Source of the DNA: an uncultured Bacteriovoracaceae bacterium
GTDB lineage: Bacteria > Bdellovibrionota > UBA2394
Length of the DNA stretch: 64,000 bases
NCBI GenBank assembly: GCA_964601045.1
Contig: CAZRLF010000003.1
Location: forward strand, 80,210-144,209
Direction of reading: 5' to 3'
Part shown: piece after piece, positions 1-9,694 of the stretch
Layout: each line of letters begins with the position of its first letter
Numbering within the stretch: the first letter of the stretch is position 1
Position numbers and translations under genes: made by a program
Notes under the pieces: model-generated
Seen by the model: the letters and a program-made list of their open reading frames with translations, nothing else
The model's database searches: none
What the model was told of the DNA's origin: nothing

Positions 1-168
1 GAATCTGGGCTTCTACCCGGAGACATTGTGCGCAAAGTAAACGGAAAAGAGATTAAGAATATCGACCAGTATCGAAAGGCGGTAAAAGAACTCAAGTCAA
101 AACAAACAGTTCTTTTTGATATCGAGCGTGGCAGCGCTAAGCTCTTTATCGCGTTTCGAGTTCCATAA
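1..168 (+). CDS. 3' end of a PDZ-domain protein (HtrA/DegP-like protease C-terminus), partial
   Basis: Frame-1 translation ESGLLPGDIVRKVNGKEIKNIDQYRKAVKELKSKQTVLFDIERGSAKLFIAFRVP* matches the PDZ consensus (GLxPGDxI..vNGkxi...y..v......g..v.l.i.R.G). Stop TAA at 166-168. The N-terminus lies outside the window. Confidence 0.5.
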   Translation, partial: ESGLLPGDIVRKVNGKEIKNIDQYRKAVKELKSKQTVLFDIERGSAKLFIAFRVP

Positions 169-205
169 AAAATTATAAGACAAGGCGATCGAGTGTATCG
201 CCTTG
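161..205 (-). terminator. Putative intrinsic terminator of phoX, partly overlapping its last codons
   Basis: Perfect 9-bp inverted repeat CAAGGCGAT-cgagtgt-ATCGCCTTG at 181-205. On the minus strand it is followed by tcttataaTTTTTT. The stem lies inside the phoX C-terminal codons. Confidence 0.35.
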
Positions 206-1813
206 AATTACTACGACCGAAGAGCGCGGCAAATTACTGCCGCCATTCGGCCAGTGGCTTGTGGGTCTTTCAATTGATTTTGATGTTTCTCCTGGATGTT
301 GGACAGAGAGAAAGAGCGAGCGTCCGTCGGGAGAAAACCATGGTCCTGTAAGCTCTGCATCTCGGGGAGCAGACGCGACCTGAAACGCAGAACCAGCAGA
401 TTCTCCCGAAAGTGGAATATAAAAGAGTCCGTTATTTTTAAATTTTTCATAGGGCGGTTGATTCATCGATAAACCCGAAATATCGCAAGTTATCCAAAGA
501 TTTCCTTTTCGATCGAAGACAAGATTATCTGGGCAGGCAAAGCCACTCGACTCGCCTCCCTTCACAAGAGCTGAAGCTTTAAATCGAAGAGAAAGAGGAT
601 CAGCATTTTCTTCAGAGATTTTAAGAAGTGAGCCAAAAGGGTCATCTCTCTTTTTGTTGTTGGTGAGGGATATAATGACATCTCTTGTTTGTGGATGTAC
701 TTCAATATCCTCGGGCCGGTTAAGTGGAGTTCCGCCCACCAAATGAGCCGCCTCTCGGGCTCGAATTAATACTTCAAGCTGGGACTCAAAATTCTCTTTC
801 AGAGTTGAATTCTTGCTATAATCAAGCGCAATCCATTGTCCGGTTTCAATTTGCGCAACATACAGAGTGCCATTGATGAGAGAGCCCTGCGTTGAGGAAA
901 TAAATTTGTAAATGCATTGATCGGGCGAATCGTCGCCCATATAAACAACACACCTGCCATCATCTGCTAAAACACTCGTTGCACCTTCGTGAGCGAAGCG
1001 CCCTAGTGCGGTTAGTTTTTGTGCCGTCCTGATTTTTGGATTAACTTCTACGACCCAACCGTAGTGTTCGGGAGGATAATCAAAAAATTCATACCAAGAA
1101 TGATCGGATTCCCCAACCCAACGTTTACCCATCTTTGAAAAAACACTGGACCACCCACTTGGAGGAGATTTTTGCCGCGAGGATGGGGAATCTCCATAAA
1201 AATTCTGAAAATTCTCTTCGCAGGTCAGAACAGTCCCCCAAGGGGTAAGCCCCCCCGCACAGTTCGCCAAAGTTCCAATTGCTTGTTGGCTCCCCTTGAT
1301 ACTCACTCCGTTAGCAAATTTAATTGGCGTTGTAGCATCGAGTCGTCGATTAAACGAATCGTCTTCGACAAAATACCATTCGCCTGTTTGAGAGCTCTTT
1401 TTAATTCGAAGTATTGAGCCTCCTACTTCTCTTTGCTCTTTCATCACCATCTCTTTGGTCTTTGATCCTGAATGCCCCAAAAGAACGGGCTGAAAAGACT
1501 CATGATTAACCCAGAGTAATCCGTCATCGGTGCTCCCTACATACATTGGAATAAAGCACGTGAAATCACAGTCTGACCCAAAGGATTCTCCTCTTAGGTT
1601 GATGGAATCGCCCTGCTGAATGAGGATGTTATATTTGAATCCCTCCGCTAAAAGCAGAGCATCATCCGAAGACGGGTTCAGAGCCTTAAAGGGACCCCTA
1701 TTTTTTCTGATGAAAGTGCACGAACTCGAAAGGTTGCTCAAACTAATCAGTGCAGCTCCCTGCCCCATGAATTTTAAAAAATCACGTCGGGTTGAATTAT
1801 TAAAGAATTTCAT
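173..1813 (-). CDS. phoX: PhoX-family (DUF839) Tat-exported alkaline phosphatase
   Basis: Twin-arginine signal RRDFLKF..GAALISL. Strongly conserved PhoX-like block NCAGGLTPWGTVLTCEENF. Size 546 aa is typical. Confidence 0.6.
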   Translation of the reverse strand: MKFFNNSTRRDFLKFMGQGAALISLSNLSSSCTFIRKNRGPFKALNPSSDDALLLAEGFKYNILIQQGDSINLRGESFGSDCDFTCFIPMYVGSTDDGLLWVNHESFQPVLLGHSGSKTKEMVMKEQREVGGSILRIKKSSQTGEWYFVEDDSFNRRLDATTPIKFANGVSIKGSQQAIGTLANCAGGLTPWGTVLTCEENFQNFYGDSPSSRQKSPPSGWSSVFSKMGKRWVGESDHSWYEFFDYPPEHYGWVVEVNPKIRTAQKLTALGRFAHEGATSVLADDGRCVVYMGDDSPDQCIYKFISSTQGSLINGTLYVAQIETGQWIALDYSKNSTLKENFESQLEVLIRAREAAHLVGGTPLNRPEDIEVHPQTRDVIISLTNNKKRDDPFGSLLKISEENADPLSLRFKASALVKGGESSGFACPDNLVFDRKGNLWITCDISGLSMNQPPYEKFKNNGLFYIPLSGESAGSAFQVASAPRDAELTGPWFSPDGRSLFLSVQHPGETSKSIERPTSHWPNGGSNLPRSSVVVIQGDTLDRLVL

Positions 1814-3198
1814 TTTATTCCTTTCTCAGAATATATTTTCTTGGACGAAAGGCGAGCCGAGAGAGAACTTAAAACCTTTTGACACGCTGAGTTTATTGAT
1901 CGCCCCATGCTCAACATATACGTTTTTGGATTCATCCAAGACTTCAATCGCAACAAGTCTTCCTTTAGTTTTGGAAATTCTTCTTGATTGGCACGAACAT
2001 ACGCTAAATCAATAAAATACATTGGAATAGCCGAAGCCCAAACGAGAAGTTTTCCCCAATGATGAAAACTGTTCGTGGGATCGATATCTTCGGCTAGCGC
2101 AAACTGTTGTAGAGCCATTCGAAACCAGGCAGTAATTTCTCGCTCAACCAAACTCCGATTCGCGAAACCAAAAACTCGTTTACCTTGAGTAGCTCCATAC
2201 TCTTCACGCCTCATGGGAATAAACGAATAAATAAATGATGCGAATTTATCACCTAGAGAAATGGCTAAAACAGACAGTAAAATTTTTATATCGCTTAGAT
2301 CCGACCCATGAGCCAGCGTTAAAGATATTGAAAGTGGAAGACCTATCAAAAATCTCATAAAAATTTCTTTGCTCGCCTCAGAGCTGCGGACAAGTTGGCC
2401 ATAGGTTTTTCCAAAGGTACAAAGAACCGCAACATACACCCAGGTGATGGCCATACTTTTAAAGTGGATGGAACTTCCGGCCTGCTGAAACGCCAAAAAC
2501 GAAATTGCTGCCTGACCAGTCGCCGAAACTAACCCCAGAATAAAACTCGATTTTGTCGGTGAGACATATTTTGCGGTCTTAAAAACTTTAAGCCACTCAC
2601 CAAAATTTAGTTTCCCATTTTTAAAAAGAGGCTCAGCCTGAATGAGAATAGGAAGATCGTTTCGATTTGCGTTATGCTTTGCAAAATCGTAGATCCAGAC
2701 GTTTCTTTTTGTATTCTGTAAAATTCGAGAGTGATAAATTAAAGCCTCGCCTTCTAACGGATTGATATTATCGTTACCACGTGCGCGTCCCTCACTTTTT
2801 AAAAAGCTCGTATTATAAAAGAGTAGGCGATAGTTTTGAGATGAATCTTGCGGAGCAAATTTAATAACAAAATGTAGTTTTGAAGGTGATTCAATTGAGG
2901 TGAGCTCAAATCGGCCTTTAAGCTCTTGAGAAAGCTTTAGATCTGCCAACACCTTCTCATCAATATCCCAAGTGATTTGCGATCGCCTCACTGCCTGCAA
3001 AAAAGAAATTTCATTCGACGAATAATTTTCCCTGAATTCTTTTTCTGCTAATTTAATAAATTCGGATAGCGACTCTTCATATTTTAAGCCTTTAGTTTCA
3101 GAGTAAGCACTTAACTTATGAGCAGATAGAACAATAAAAATGAAAAATAAATTTGAAATTATTCTAACAGGACTCTGCCAAAAAAAAGTGAATGACAT
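1810..3198 (-). CDS. Hypothetical polytopic membrane protein
   Basis: 462-aa ORF with an N-terminal hydrophobic anchor and several internal hydrophobic segments. Its stop overlaps the phoX start (ATGA-type 4-nt overlap), suggesting co-transcription. No family recognised. Confidence 0.45.
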   Translation of the reverse strand: MSFTFFWQSPVRIISNLFFIFIVLSAHKLSAYSETKGLKYEESLSEFIKLAEKEFRENYSSNEISFLQAVRRSQITWDIDEKVLADLKLSQELKGRFELTSIESPSKLHFVIKFAPQDSSQNYRLLFYNTSFLKSEGRARGNDNINPLEGEALIYHSRILQNTKRNVWIYDFAKHNANRNDLPILIQAEPLFKNGKLNFGEWLKVFKTAKYVSPTKSSFILGLVSATGQAAISFLAFQQAGSSIHFKSMAITWVYVAVLCTFGKTYGQLVRSSEASKEIFMRFLIGLPLSISLTLAHGSDLSDIKILLSVLAISLGDKFASFIYSFIPMRREEYGATQGKRVFGFANRSLVEREITAWFRMALQQFALAEDIDPTNSFHHWGKLLVWASAIPMYFIDLAYVRANQEEFPKLKEDLLRLKSWMNPKTYMLSMGRSINSACQKVLSSLSARLSSKKIYSEKGIK

Positions 3199-3276
3199 AA
3201 ATCAACCTTCACTCCAGAGCTTTATACTCAGATAATCAAATTAAGGTTAGTTAAGACGCCCTTAACTTAATCTTAA

Positions 3277-3852
3277 TTAAAACGGATAGATAACCGCGAT
3301 CGCACGAGCATGTTTATTGGACGGATTATAAAAGACATGCGGCTCAGTAGACCTAAAATAAAGCGAATCACCTTCTGAAAGAGAGATTTTTTTTCCTCCA
3401 ATTTCACCCTCAAGACTGCCTTCAATCATAAACATAAATTCTTCGCCCGAATGAGTAATATCGTCGGTGGGACGACGACTCTGATGAGGGGGTAAATCAA
3501 TCAGATACGCACTTAAATGTTTATCTGAGCCAGGAGGAATGAGTAGATCGTAAGCATAGTCAAACAGATGGGTTTTGGCAGGCTTCATAAGAGGTCTAAC
3601 CTTCTCACGTTCTGCTTTACGAACAATTTCAAAAGCCTTCTCCGAAATACGATCTCTAAAGATATCGGCGACGTTTACCTCTAAAGCTTTGGCAATCGAA
3701 ATAAGGGTTCCAATAAGAGGCTGTTCTTTCTCAGCCTCAATGCGTTTGAGCCTCTCAATCTCTATCTGGGTTTTCTGTGAGAGAGCCTCCAAACTGACCT
3801 TCTTTTTTTCTCTGATTTTTTGAATGCGCGAGCCAAGAGCTAGATATTTCAT
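3277..3852 (-). CDS. XRE-family HTH transcriptional regulator with C-terminal cupin domain
   Basis: N-terminal HTH_3-like region (VSLEALSQKTQIEIERLKRIE..IGTLISIAKALEVNVADIF). The C-terminal half has a cupin-like segment (GEEFMFMIEG..GDSLYF..EPHVFYNP). Confidence 0.7.
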   Translation of the reverse strand: MKYLALGSRIQKIREKKKVSLEALSQKTQIEIERLKRIEAEKEQPLIGTLISIAKALEVNVADIFRDRISEKAFEIVRKAEREKVRPLMKPAKTHLFDYAYDLLIPPGSDKHLSAYLIDLPPHQSRRPTDDITHSGEEFMFMIEGSLEGEIGGKKISLSEGDSLYFRSTEPHVFYNPSNKHARAIAVIYPF

Positions 3853-3968
3853 AAACCCCTTACTTCAATAATTCCTATAAAGCCTTAAATCGGCCAGAAA
3901 TTTAACTTGCTTGAGTTCAGATCGATTATCGCTCTAAATTGCCCGCCTTTAAAAAACTATGGTTATTT

Positions 3969-3982
3969 GGCGTTATTACGCC
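3969..3982. promoter_or_regulatory. Small palindrome in a divergent promoter region (candidate operator)
   Basis: GGCGT-tatt-ACGCC lies between the divergently transcribed XRE/cupin regulator and the 4043-8031 operon. Confidence 0.2.
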
Positions 3983-4042
3983 GTATAAAGGCATTTAATG
4001 GGTATTGCAGGATAGATTCACATCGACTAGGTTCCGGCTAAT

Positions 4043-5395
4043 TTGAAGCATTTACAAGTCTTACTATTAATGCTGTTTGGGCTGCTTTTTATCCCTGTTT
4101 CGGGTCTCAAAGCAGAAGCGGTTACTTCTACCATCGGGGGGCTTTCTATGACCCCTACAAAGGTATCGCCAGGCGCTGTTTTCTGGAATCCGGCCACAAT
4201 CGGATTAGTTTCGGGCACTCAAATCGATACCAATATTACTCTAACCGGCGGTTATATGGTTTACGATCGCGCTGGTCAGAATCCCCAAACAAATGCCGGC
4301 TTTGATAGTGCAAAAATGACGGCCTTCGCGCCAAATCCATTTGTTTCAATTTCATCCCCTCTTGGAACAAAGAACTGGAGATTCGGCTACAGCACCTACT
4401 TTCCGGGTGGAGCCCTCGCAAGCTTTGATGCCTCAGGATCTCAGCGCTTTGCCCTTGTCGAAGGTTATACCGTTCCTTGGCATCATCAGTTCACAGCCGC
4501 TTACAAAATTAATCCTGAATGGACCATCGCCCTTTCAGGAATTTACTCGGTTGGTTTTTTCAAAGTTAATTTGGCTATCGACCTTGAAGGTCTTATGTCG
4601 AACGTCTTTAATTTAGGCGACTCACTGAGAGAACACCCTGCCCTGACTGCGCGGGCTGAGATCCCCCACTCTGTTACTCACGCATTTGGAGGAGCTGTCG
4701 GAGTTTATTACTCTCCAATTTACCAACTTTCATTTGGACTTTCTGTCTTCTCACCAGTTTCTTATACCTTCGAAAATGAACTCGATCTGCAGATGCCTGA
4801 CACCATAAGAACAATCGGCTCCAGCTTAAGGGCTTTAGGTATTGAAGAAAATATTAAGAGTGCGGTGAAAGTCGAAACTCATCTTCCGATGTTTTTACAA
4901 GCTGGAGTTCTTTATCGACCTTACGGTTATTTTATGAGTGAACTGTTTGGTCGATATAGTTTTTCTTCGATGTTCGATTCTACGAGCGCAAAAATTACAC
5001 GCTCCAGCATTGCAATGATGCAAAATTATGGCCGTCCTGGACGACCCTACCAAGATACGTTTCTGGTTGGTTCAGTAAATTCGTTTTCGCTTTGGCAGAG
5101 ATGGACCTTAGGCCTTAATACCACTTACTCTTCAAGTGCGGTCGCAAACAATTTGATGTCCGTAAGTATTGCTGACTTCGATTCGCTTCTCGTGGGATCG
5201 TTCCTTCAATACAAATATTCTGAACGACTGCTCATGGGTTTAGAGTACGCTCATAGTTTTATGTTTGATAGAACAGCCTCTCAAACTGAATTTGCAGATA
5301 AACATGCCATTTCGATTTTTAGACCCGTCAATTCAGATGGAGCCTATCGAGCAGCAGCAGACAGATTAGGATTTTTACTTAAATATGCGTTCTAA
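4043..5395 (+). CDS. Putative outer-membrane beta-barrel protein (FadL/TodX-like size and terminus)
   Basis: Signal peptide MKHLQVLLLMLFGLLFIPVSGLKAEA. The C-terminus ...GFLLKYAF has alternating hydrophobic residues and a terminal Phe, typical of an OMP beta-signal. Gly/Tyr/Ser-rich composition. Confidence 0.45.
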   Translation: MKHLQVLLLMLFGLLFIPVSGLKAEAVTSTIGGLSMTPTKVSPGAVFWNPATIGLVSGTQIDTNITLTGGYMVYDRAGQNPQTNAGFDSAKMTAFAPNPFVSISSPLGTKNWRFGYSTYFPGGALASFDASGSQRFALVEGYTVPWHHQFTAAYKINPEWTIALSGIYSVGFFKVNLAIDLEGLMSNVFNLGDSLREHPALTARAEIPHSVTHAFGGAVGVYYSPIYQLSFGLSVFSPVSYTFENELDLQMPDTIRTIGSSLRALGIEENIKSAVKVETHLPMFLQAGVLYRPYGYFMSELFGRYSFSSMFDSTSAKITRSSIAMMQNYGRPGRPYQDTFLVGSVNSFSLWQRWTLGLNTTYSSSAVANNLMSVSIADFDSLLVGSFLQYKYSERLLMGLEYAHSFMFDRTASQTEFADKHAISIFRPVNSDGAYRAAADRLGFLLKYAF

Positions 5396-6998
5396 GATTC
5401 ACATATTGCTCTTAAGCCTAGGATTGATTCTGAGTAAGGCCCATGATTCTGAGGCTGCTTTTCCTTCACATCCTTTAGGGATTATGTTGCGTCCAGGTTT
5501 AGTCTCAAAACTACTTAATCATTTTAACGATAAAATGAAAATGGGAGAGCCGATTGTCTTCGATTTCTGCCACCTCTCTCACTATATTAAGGTTTCTCTT
5601 TCTGGAATGGCTGGTCGTTTCGAATGGAATGGCGAAACCAATGCTCTTATTATTCTTCATATCGATAATCTTCGCGCAGCAGGAGAACATATTGATCAGT
5701 GCGAAATCAAGGAAGACCCTGTTACTAAGGAGACTAAAATTATTGTTGCAAATTCAAAGCCTAAACAACGAATCGATATTGAAATTGGTCCTTCGAAACT
5801 CGGCTTTACTCTTAATCCTCGAACCATGGGAATTGATTTTGATTCGAATAGTTTAAATACCGCACGATCGCAGTTTTCAATAAAGCTGCCTTCTTCTGAT
5901 AAAAATGAAAAAACTTACGCCGCGCTTGAAAGAGAAATCAATTCTCCGGCTATTTTAGATTTTGCATTTGATGCCTTAACGACAGAGCTTAAAAAATATT
6001 TTTCAAATTATCTTCTCTCGACTCTCAGAGGACTTTCTTTTAACGAGGTTGCCGGAAAACTTCTCGAAAACAACCCTCTGTTTCAAGACGAACCAATACT
6101 TAATTCGGGCGGAATTCAAATTACTCTGGAAGCTCCTAGTCCGAAGCAAAAATTGATCACTCTGGCTTTTGCTCCTTTTAAAAACCCAGCCGCATTTACA
6201 AGTCGAGAAGGCTTTGAACTTTATCTCAACGCAGGTTTTTTCTCTTCGGACCAAGTTCAAATACTTACCGGACTTGACCCCTTAAAAGCTGAGAGAAAAA
6301 GTGTAAAAGCAGCGTTGGATCAAATTCTTTCCGATCCTGCTCGCCAACCTGAATTTAACTCTGATCGGCCTAGCCTCTCAAAAAGCACTGCTGATTTTAG
6401 TTTGATGGTTCCCCTCTCTCTTATTGATACAGCCCTCACCCAAATTTATCGTGAGAGGCTTTTGGGATTTCGACTTAAGACCGATCTTGGAAAGCAAACC
6501 AAAGGAATTATCGCTGAAAATGAGCAAGACGTTTCGCTTATGGTCACCATTAGTCCGCAGTCGACCCCTCAATTAAAATTTGAGGCAGATACTCTTCAGG
6601 TTGAAGTAAAGGATTATCTAATGGATATTGGAACCTATATCGAAGATCGGATTATTCCCTCAACGCAGATTTCTAACCTTGTAAAAATTGGGGCCGGCCT
6701 AAAGGTTGATGCTGAAAATGGAACAGTAAACCTAATATTAAAACACGATCAGTTTGAAGTTAAGCTTGAAGATAAAAAGGAGCGACTTGGCGAAAAGAGC
6801 ATTTCGTTTCTTCAGAAAATTGCCAATAGCACCTGGTCTGATTTTTTAAGCTCATATTCAGAACTAGTTTTGTTTCCGACTGTTATTAAACCAAGTGATA
6901 TGGAACTTAAAATTGAGTCTATTTCGTTAAACCGAAATTCCCTAGTGCTCGATATGAATGTTTTTTTAAAGCACGAAAATAAATATGAGAACAAATAA
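5385..6998 (+). CDS. Hypothetical secreted protein
   Basis: Signal peptide MRSKIHILLLSLGLILSKAHDSEA. Its start overlaps the upstream stop by 11 nt (translational coupling). Confidence 0.5.
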   Translation: MRSKIHILLLSLGLILSKAHDSEAAFPSHPLGIMLRPGLVSKLLNHFNDKMKMGEPIVFDFCHLSHYIKVSLSGMAGRFEWNGETNALIILHIDNLRAAGEHIDQCEIKEDPVTKETKIIVANSKPKQRIDIEIGPSKLGFTLNPRTMGIDFDSNSLNTARSQFSIKLPSSDKNEKTYAALEREINSPAILDFAFDALTTELKKYFSNYLLSTLRGLSFNEVAGKLLENNPLFQDEPILNSGGIQITLEAPSPKQKLITLAFAPFKNPAAFTSREGFELYLNAGFFSSDQVQILTGLDPLKAERKSVKAALDQILSDPARQPEFNSDRPSLSKSTADFSLMVPLSLIDTALTQIYRERLLGFRLKTDLGKQTKGIIAENEQDVSLMVTISPQSTPQLKFEADTLQVEVKDYLMDIGTYIEDRIIPSTQISNLVKIGAGLKVDAENGTVNLILKHDQFEVKLEDKKERLGEKSISFLQKIANSTWSDFLSSYSELVLFPTVIKPSDMELKIESISLNRNSLVLDMNVFLKHENKYENK

Positions 6999-8031
6999 AA
7001 CTATAGAAATCTTTTTAATGCTAGGTTTTGCGGCAACTGTCTCTTCTTGTGCCAATGAGAGTTTAAGTCCCATTGAGTCTTATACTTTGCCTCATAATGA
7101 TATGCATATCGGTGAGTACCTTCAGGTCGATTCGACATCCACAATCTATTCTTTTGCTCGAACCAGCGACTCCACTCAGTTGATTAGTATTTCTCCGCAA
7201 ACCTTTGATATCTCTGTTCTCGACATAGAGCCTAAAGATGCCCGTGAGTTAAAATTAAGTGATGGCTCTTTGGCCTATCGGATAAATCGAGAAATTAAAT
7301 TTAAGGTCAATAGCGTGACATCTATTTTGCAGACTAATGCTCAAAAACTTGCATCGTTTAATCGCCAGCAAGATTTTTCACGCATCACCTATAAAACAAT
7401 AGCCGGTGAAAATCGATGGTTTACCTTTAAGGATAACGGACGAATTTTAGCTGACGGAATGCTTTCAGGCGAAGTCAAAGCTAGTCTTCAAATACGAGAT
7501 AAAACATTCGTCGCTCTTCAAACATCTGAAGGATTAAGTTTAGCTGAATGGGGTAACGAAACGGAAGGCCTCAAAAATATTCTCGTAATTGCTAAAGGAA
7601 ATATCGGTGACTATGTCGATCTTCAAGAAATTAACGGCCGCATTTTTATTTGGTATTTTGATCAATCAAACGGAACACTCAAAATCGCCGAGCAATTGGG
7701 CCAGTCGTCTGGCTCATTTGTAGTTGAAAGTGTTGATGGTGAAGCCAATAAAACTTATATCGGCCTCGATATTGCGGGCTTTAATGATCGTGGCCAACCT
7801 GGCGCTGTTTATTTAGACGGATGGCGCCTCAAAATGAGATGGGCTCGAAAAAAAGAAGGCAAATGGGTGACGGAAGAACTTCCTATCAAGGGCGCAGTGG
7901 GATTCTACAATCGCATTATTGAAACAACTTTGACTACCATTACGGTGGCTTCTCATAATTTCAGATCAGAACTGCCACGTTATGATGCGAGCTTTGAGGA
8001 TCTAGCCATTACGAAATTAAATTTACGTTAA
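6985..8031 (+). CDS. Hypothetical lipoprotein
   Basis: Lipobox-like LGFAATVSSC. Its start overlaps the upstream stop by 14 nt. It is the third gene of a coupled operon. Confidence 0.5.
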   Translation: MRTNKTIEIFLMLGFAATVSSCANESLSPIESYTLPHNDMHIGEYLQVDSTSTIYSFARTSDSTQLISISPQTFDISVLDIEPKDARELKLSDGSLAYRINREIKFKVNSVTSILQTNAQKLASFNRQQDFSRITYKTIAGENRWFTFKDNGRILADGMLSGEVKASLQIRDKTFVALQTSEGLSLAEWGNETEGLKNILVIAKGNIGDYVDLQEINGRIFIWYFDQSNGTLKIAEQLGQSSGSFVVESVDGEANKTYIGLDIAGFNDRGQPGAVYLDGWRLKMRWARKKEGKWVTEELPIKGAVGFYNRIIETTLTTITVASHNFRSELPRYDASFEDLAITKLNLR

Positions 8032-8036
8032 GAAAA

Positions 8037-8474
8037 TTATTGAATCCAAACTAAATCAGACTTGATCCATACTTCATCACCCTCAAGATCTTCCACTTGA
8101 ACCCAATCATTTTTAATTTTAATAACTCTAAATGAAAGATATTTTTCACCCATTCCACCGCGGGCTCGAGGAAAATTTTTTCCGGGACCTTTTCTTAAAT
8201 TTGCAAATTCAGTTTTAATAACTGCGCATTGAAAACTTTGAGTGACAAGGTCTTCTCTGACCCAATGAATTTGAGAATCAACATCTTTAACCTGATACCA
8301 TCCATTGAGCTTTTTCACCTTTCGAAGGGGCGTATAAGGAATAGCCTCGAGAGTTATGGGCTCTCGAGTATTGGGACCTTTTCTCAAGTTTGCCTTTTTT
8401 CCGGACGTGCAAAGGGCCTGAGCCTCTCCCATTAAAAAGGTCAACAATCCCAGCCAAATGAGCCCTAGCCTCAT
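8037..8474 (-). CDS. Secreted protein with two tandem bacterial SH3 (SH3b) domains
   Basis: Signal peptide. An internal duplication (ANLRKGPNTREP...GWYQVKD...W.....L and ANLRKGPGKNFP...DWVQVEDL..W.....L) matches the SH3_3 consensus. Confidence 0.65.
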   Translation of the reverse strand: MRLGLIWLGLLTFLMGEAQALCTSGKKANLRKGPNTREPITLEAIPYTPLRKVKKLNGWYQVKDVDSQIHWVREDLVTQSFQCAVIKTEFANLRKGPGKNFPRARGGMGEKYLSFRVIKIKNDWVQVEDLEGDEVWIKSDLVWIQ

Positions 8475-8590
8475 GTCCCTATTTTGACAAAAATACAGAT
8501 GAAAGACTATTAAAACCCATCGTCAATCTGAGGAACAAGTTTACAAAACTCCCTAGACAGTCTTCGAAACCCCAAGTATCAAAATGCCGA

Positions 8591-9190
8591 ATGAAATCTG
8601 TTTTTGCGTTTTTAGTCTTCTCTTTTATCTCATACCCCTCCCTCTTTTGTGAAACTCCTCAAAGAGAATACAAATTCGATGCAGAACATTTTAGAGCCGT
8701 TCTAAGAGCTACCGTCATGTTTAACGATCGATTTATCTTACGTGACTATATGAATATCTGCGGAAATAAATTTGATGAAAACCATTATACTTCAATGGGT
8801 TCATTTTTTGATCGTCCAAAACATTTACTTAATCCAGCTGAACCCCGCGATATCGAACTTCAACGGCTACAGTATTTTGTTTTACCCCTTTTAAAAACTG
8901 CTCTTCTCAAAGGAATATTGAGCAATGATCTAAGAGCAAAAATTGCAGAAATTATTGTTAATGACGAAATTCAATCTTCAGCACAAGCTTTGAATTCATG
9001 TACCTGGAACTGGAATTCACTTTTTAAATACGCTGGCTATCAGTCAGAAAACGACTTTCGATTCGCGCGACAGAAAAGATGTTTTGATCAACCCAACTGT
9101 GCATTTATTCTGCGACAATTAAAACGAGTAAATCCTTTTAACTGGACGAGTCCGATTTCAGCGGACGGCGTAGATCAGCTTGGCGAATAG
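8591..9190 (+). CDS. Hypothetical secreted protein
   Basis: Signal peptide MKSVFAFLVFSFISYPSLFC. Its 3' end overlaps the convergent ORF 9138-9668 by 53 nt, so one of the two ends may be mis-called. Confidence 0.4.
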   Translation: MKSVFAFLVFSFISYPSLFCETPQREYKFDAEHFRAVLRATVMFNDRFILRDYMNICGNKFDENHYTSMGSFFDRPKHLLNPAEPRDIELQRLQYFVLPLLKTALLKGILSNDLRAKIAEIIVNDEIQSSAQALNSCTWNWNSLFKYAGYQSENDFRFARQKRCFDQPNCAFILRQLKRVNPFNWTSPISADGVDQLGE

Positions 9191-9668
9191 TTCTTAAAGA
9201 AAAAACGGCCAAACCAAATAAAATGCTAGAAATAGCTACAGCCCAAGGAGAATTCTGAGAAGGCTTCATACTCAGACTACAGGCAGCAGAGGATTTATCA
9301 GTACTTGTCGATGTATTCGCAGCATTCTTTTTAACATCGATAGTCACAGTCGCGGCATCGCTATCTTCAAGTCCATCATTTACACGATAAGAAAAATAAT
9401 CGAGACCATAATAACCTGCTTCTGGTTGATAGTGCATATCTGGAGCAGTACCCGTAAGTGTTCCATGCTGTGGATTTTCGGTAATCGAATAGGTCAAAGT
9501 CTGGCCTGAATCATGATCGCTGCCTTTAAGAGTAATGGGAATACTATCATCCTGGCCCATCTCTACACTCATACTTTCAGCCGAAGGAATGGCATTATCC
9601 GCGCAAACCAATTGAGGAATCGAAATGGCAAAAAATAGCGCTAAGCTTTTCATGGTGCCTCCTTTCAA
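9138..9668 (-). CDS. Secreted Ig-like/cadherin-like domain protein with C-terminal hydrophobic anchor
   Basis: Signal peptide. Segment TLTYSITENPQHGTLTG..YQPEAGYYGLDYFSYRVNDG..DSDAATVTIDV resembles bacterial Ig-like/cadherin-like tandem-repeat domains. C-terminal PWAVAISSILFGLAVFSLRTIRQ is a TM helix followed by basic residues, a sorting-signal-like anchor. Confidence 0.45.
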   Translation of the reverse strand: MKGGTMKSLALFFAISIPQLVCADNAIPSAESMSVEMGQDDSIPITLKGSDHDSGQTLTYSITENPQHGTLTGTAPDMHYQPEAGYYGLDYFSYRVNDGLEDSDAATVTIDVKKNAANTSTSTDKSSAACSLSMKPSQNSPWAVAISSILFGLAVFSLRTIRQADLRRPLKSDSSS

Positions 9669-9694
9669 GAGAGCCTCAGTTATTATACCCGAAT

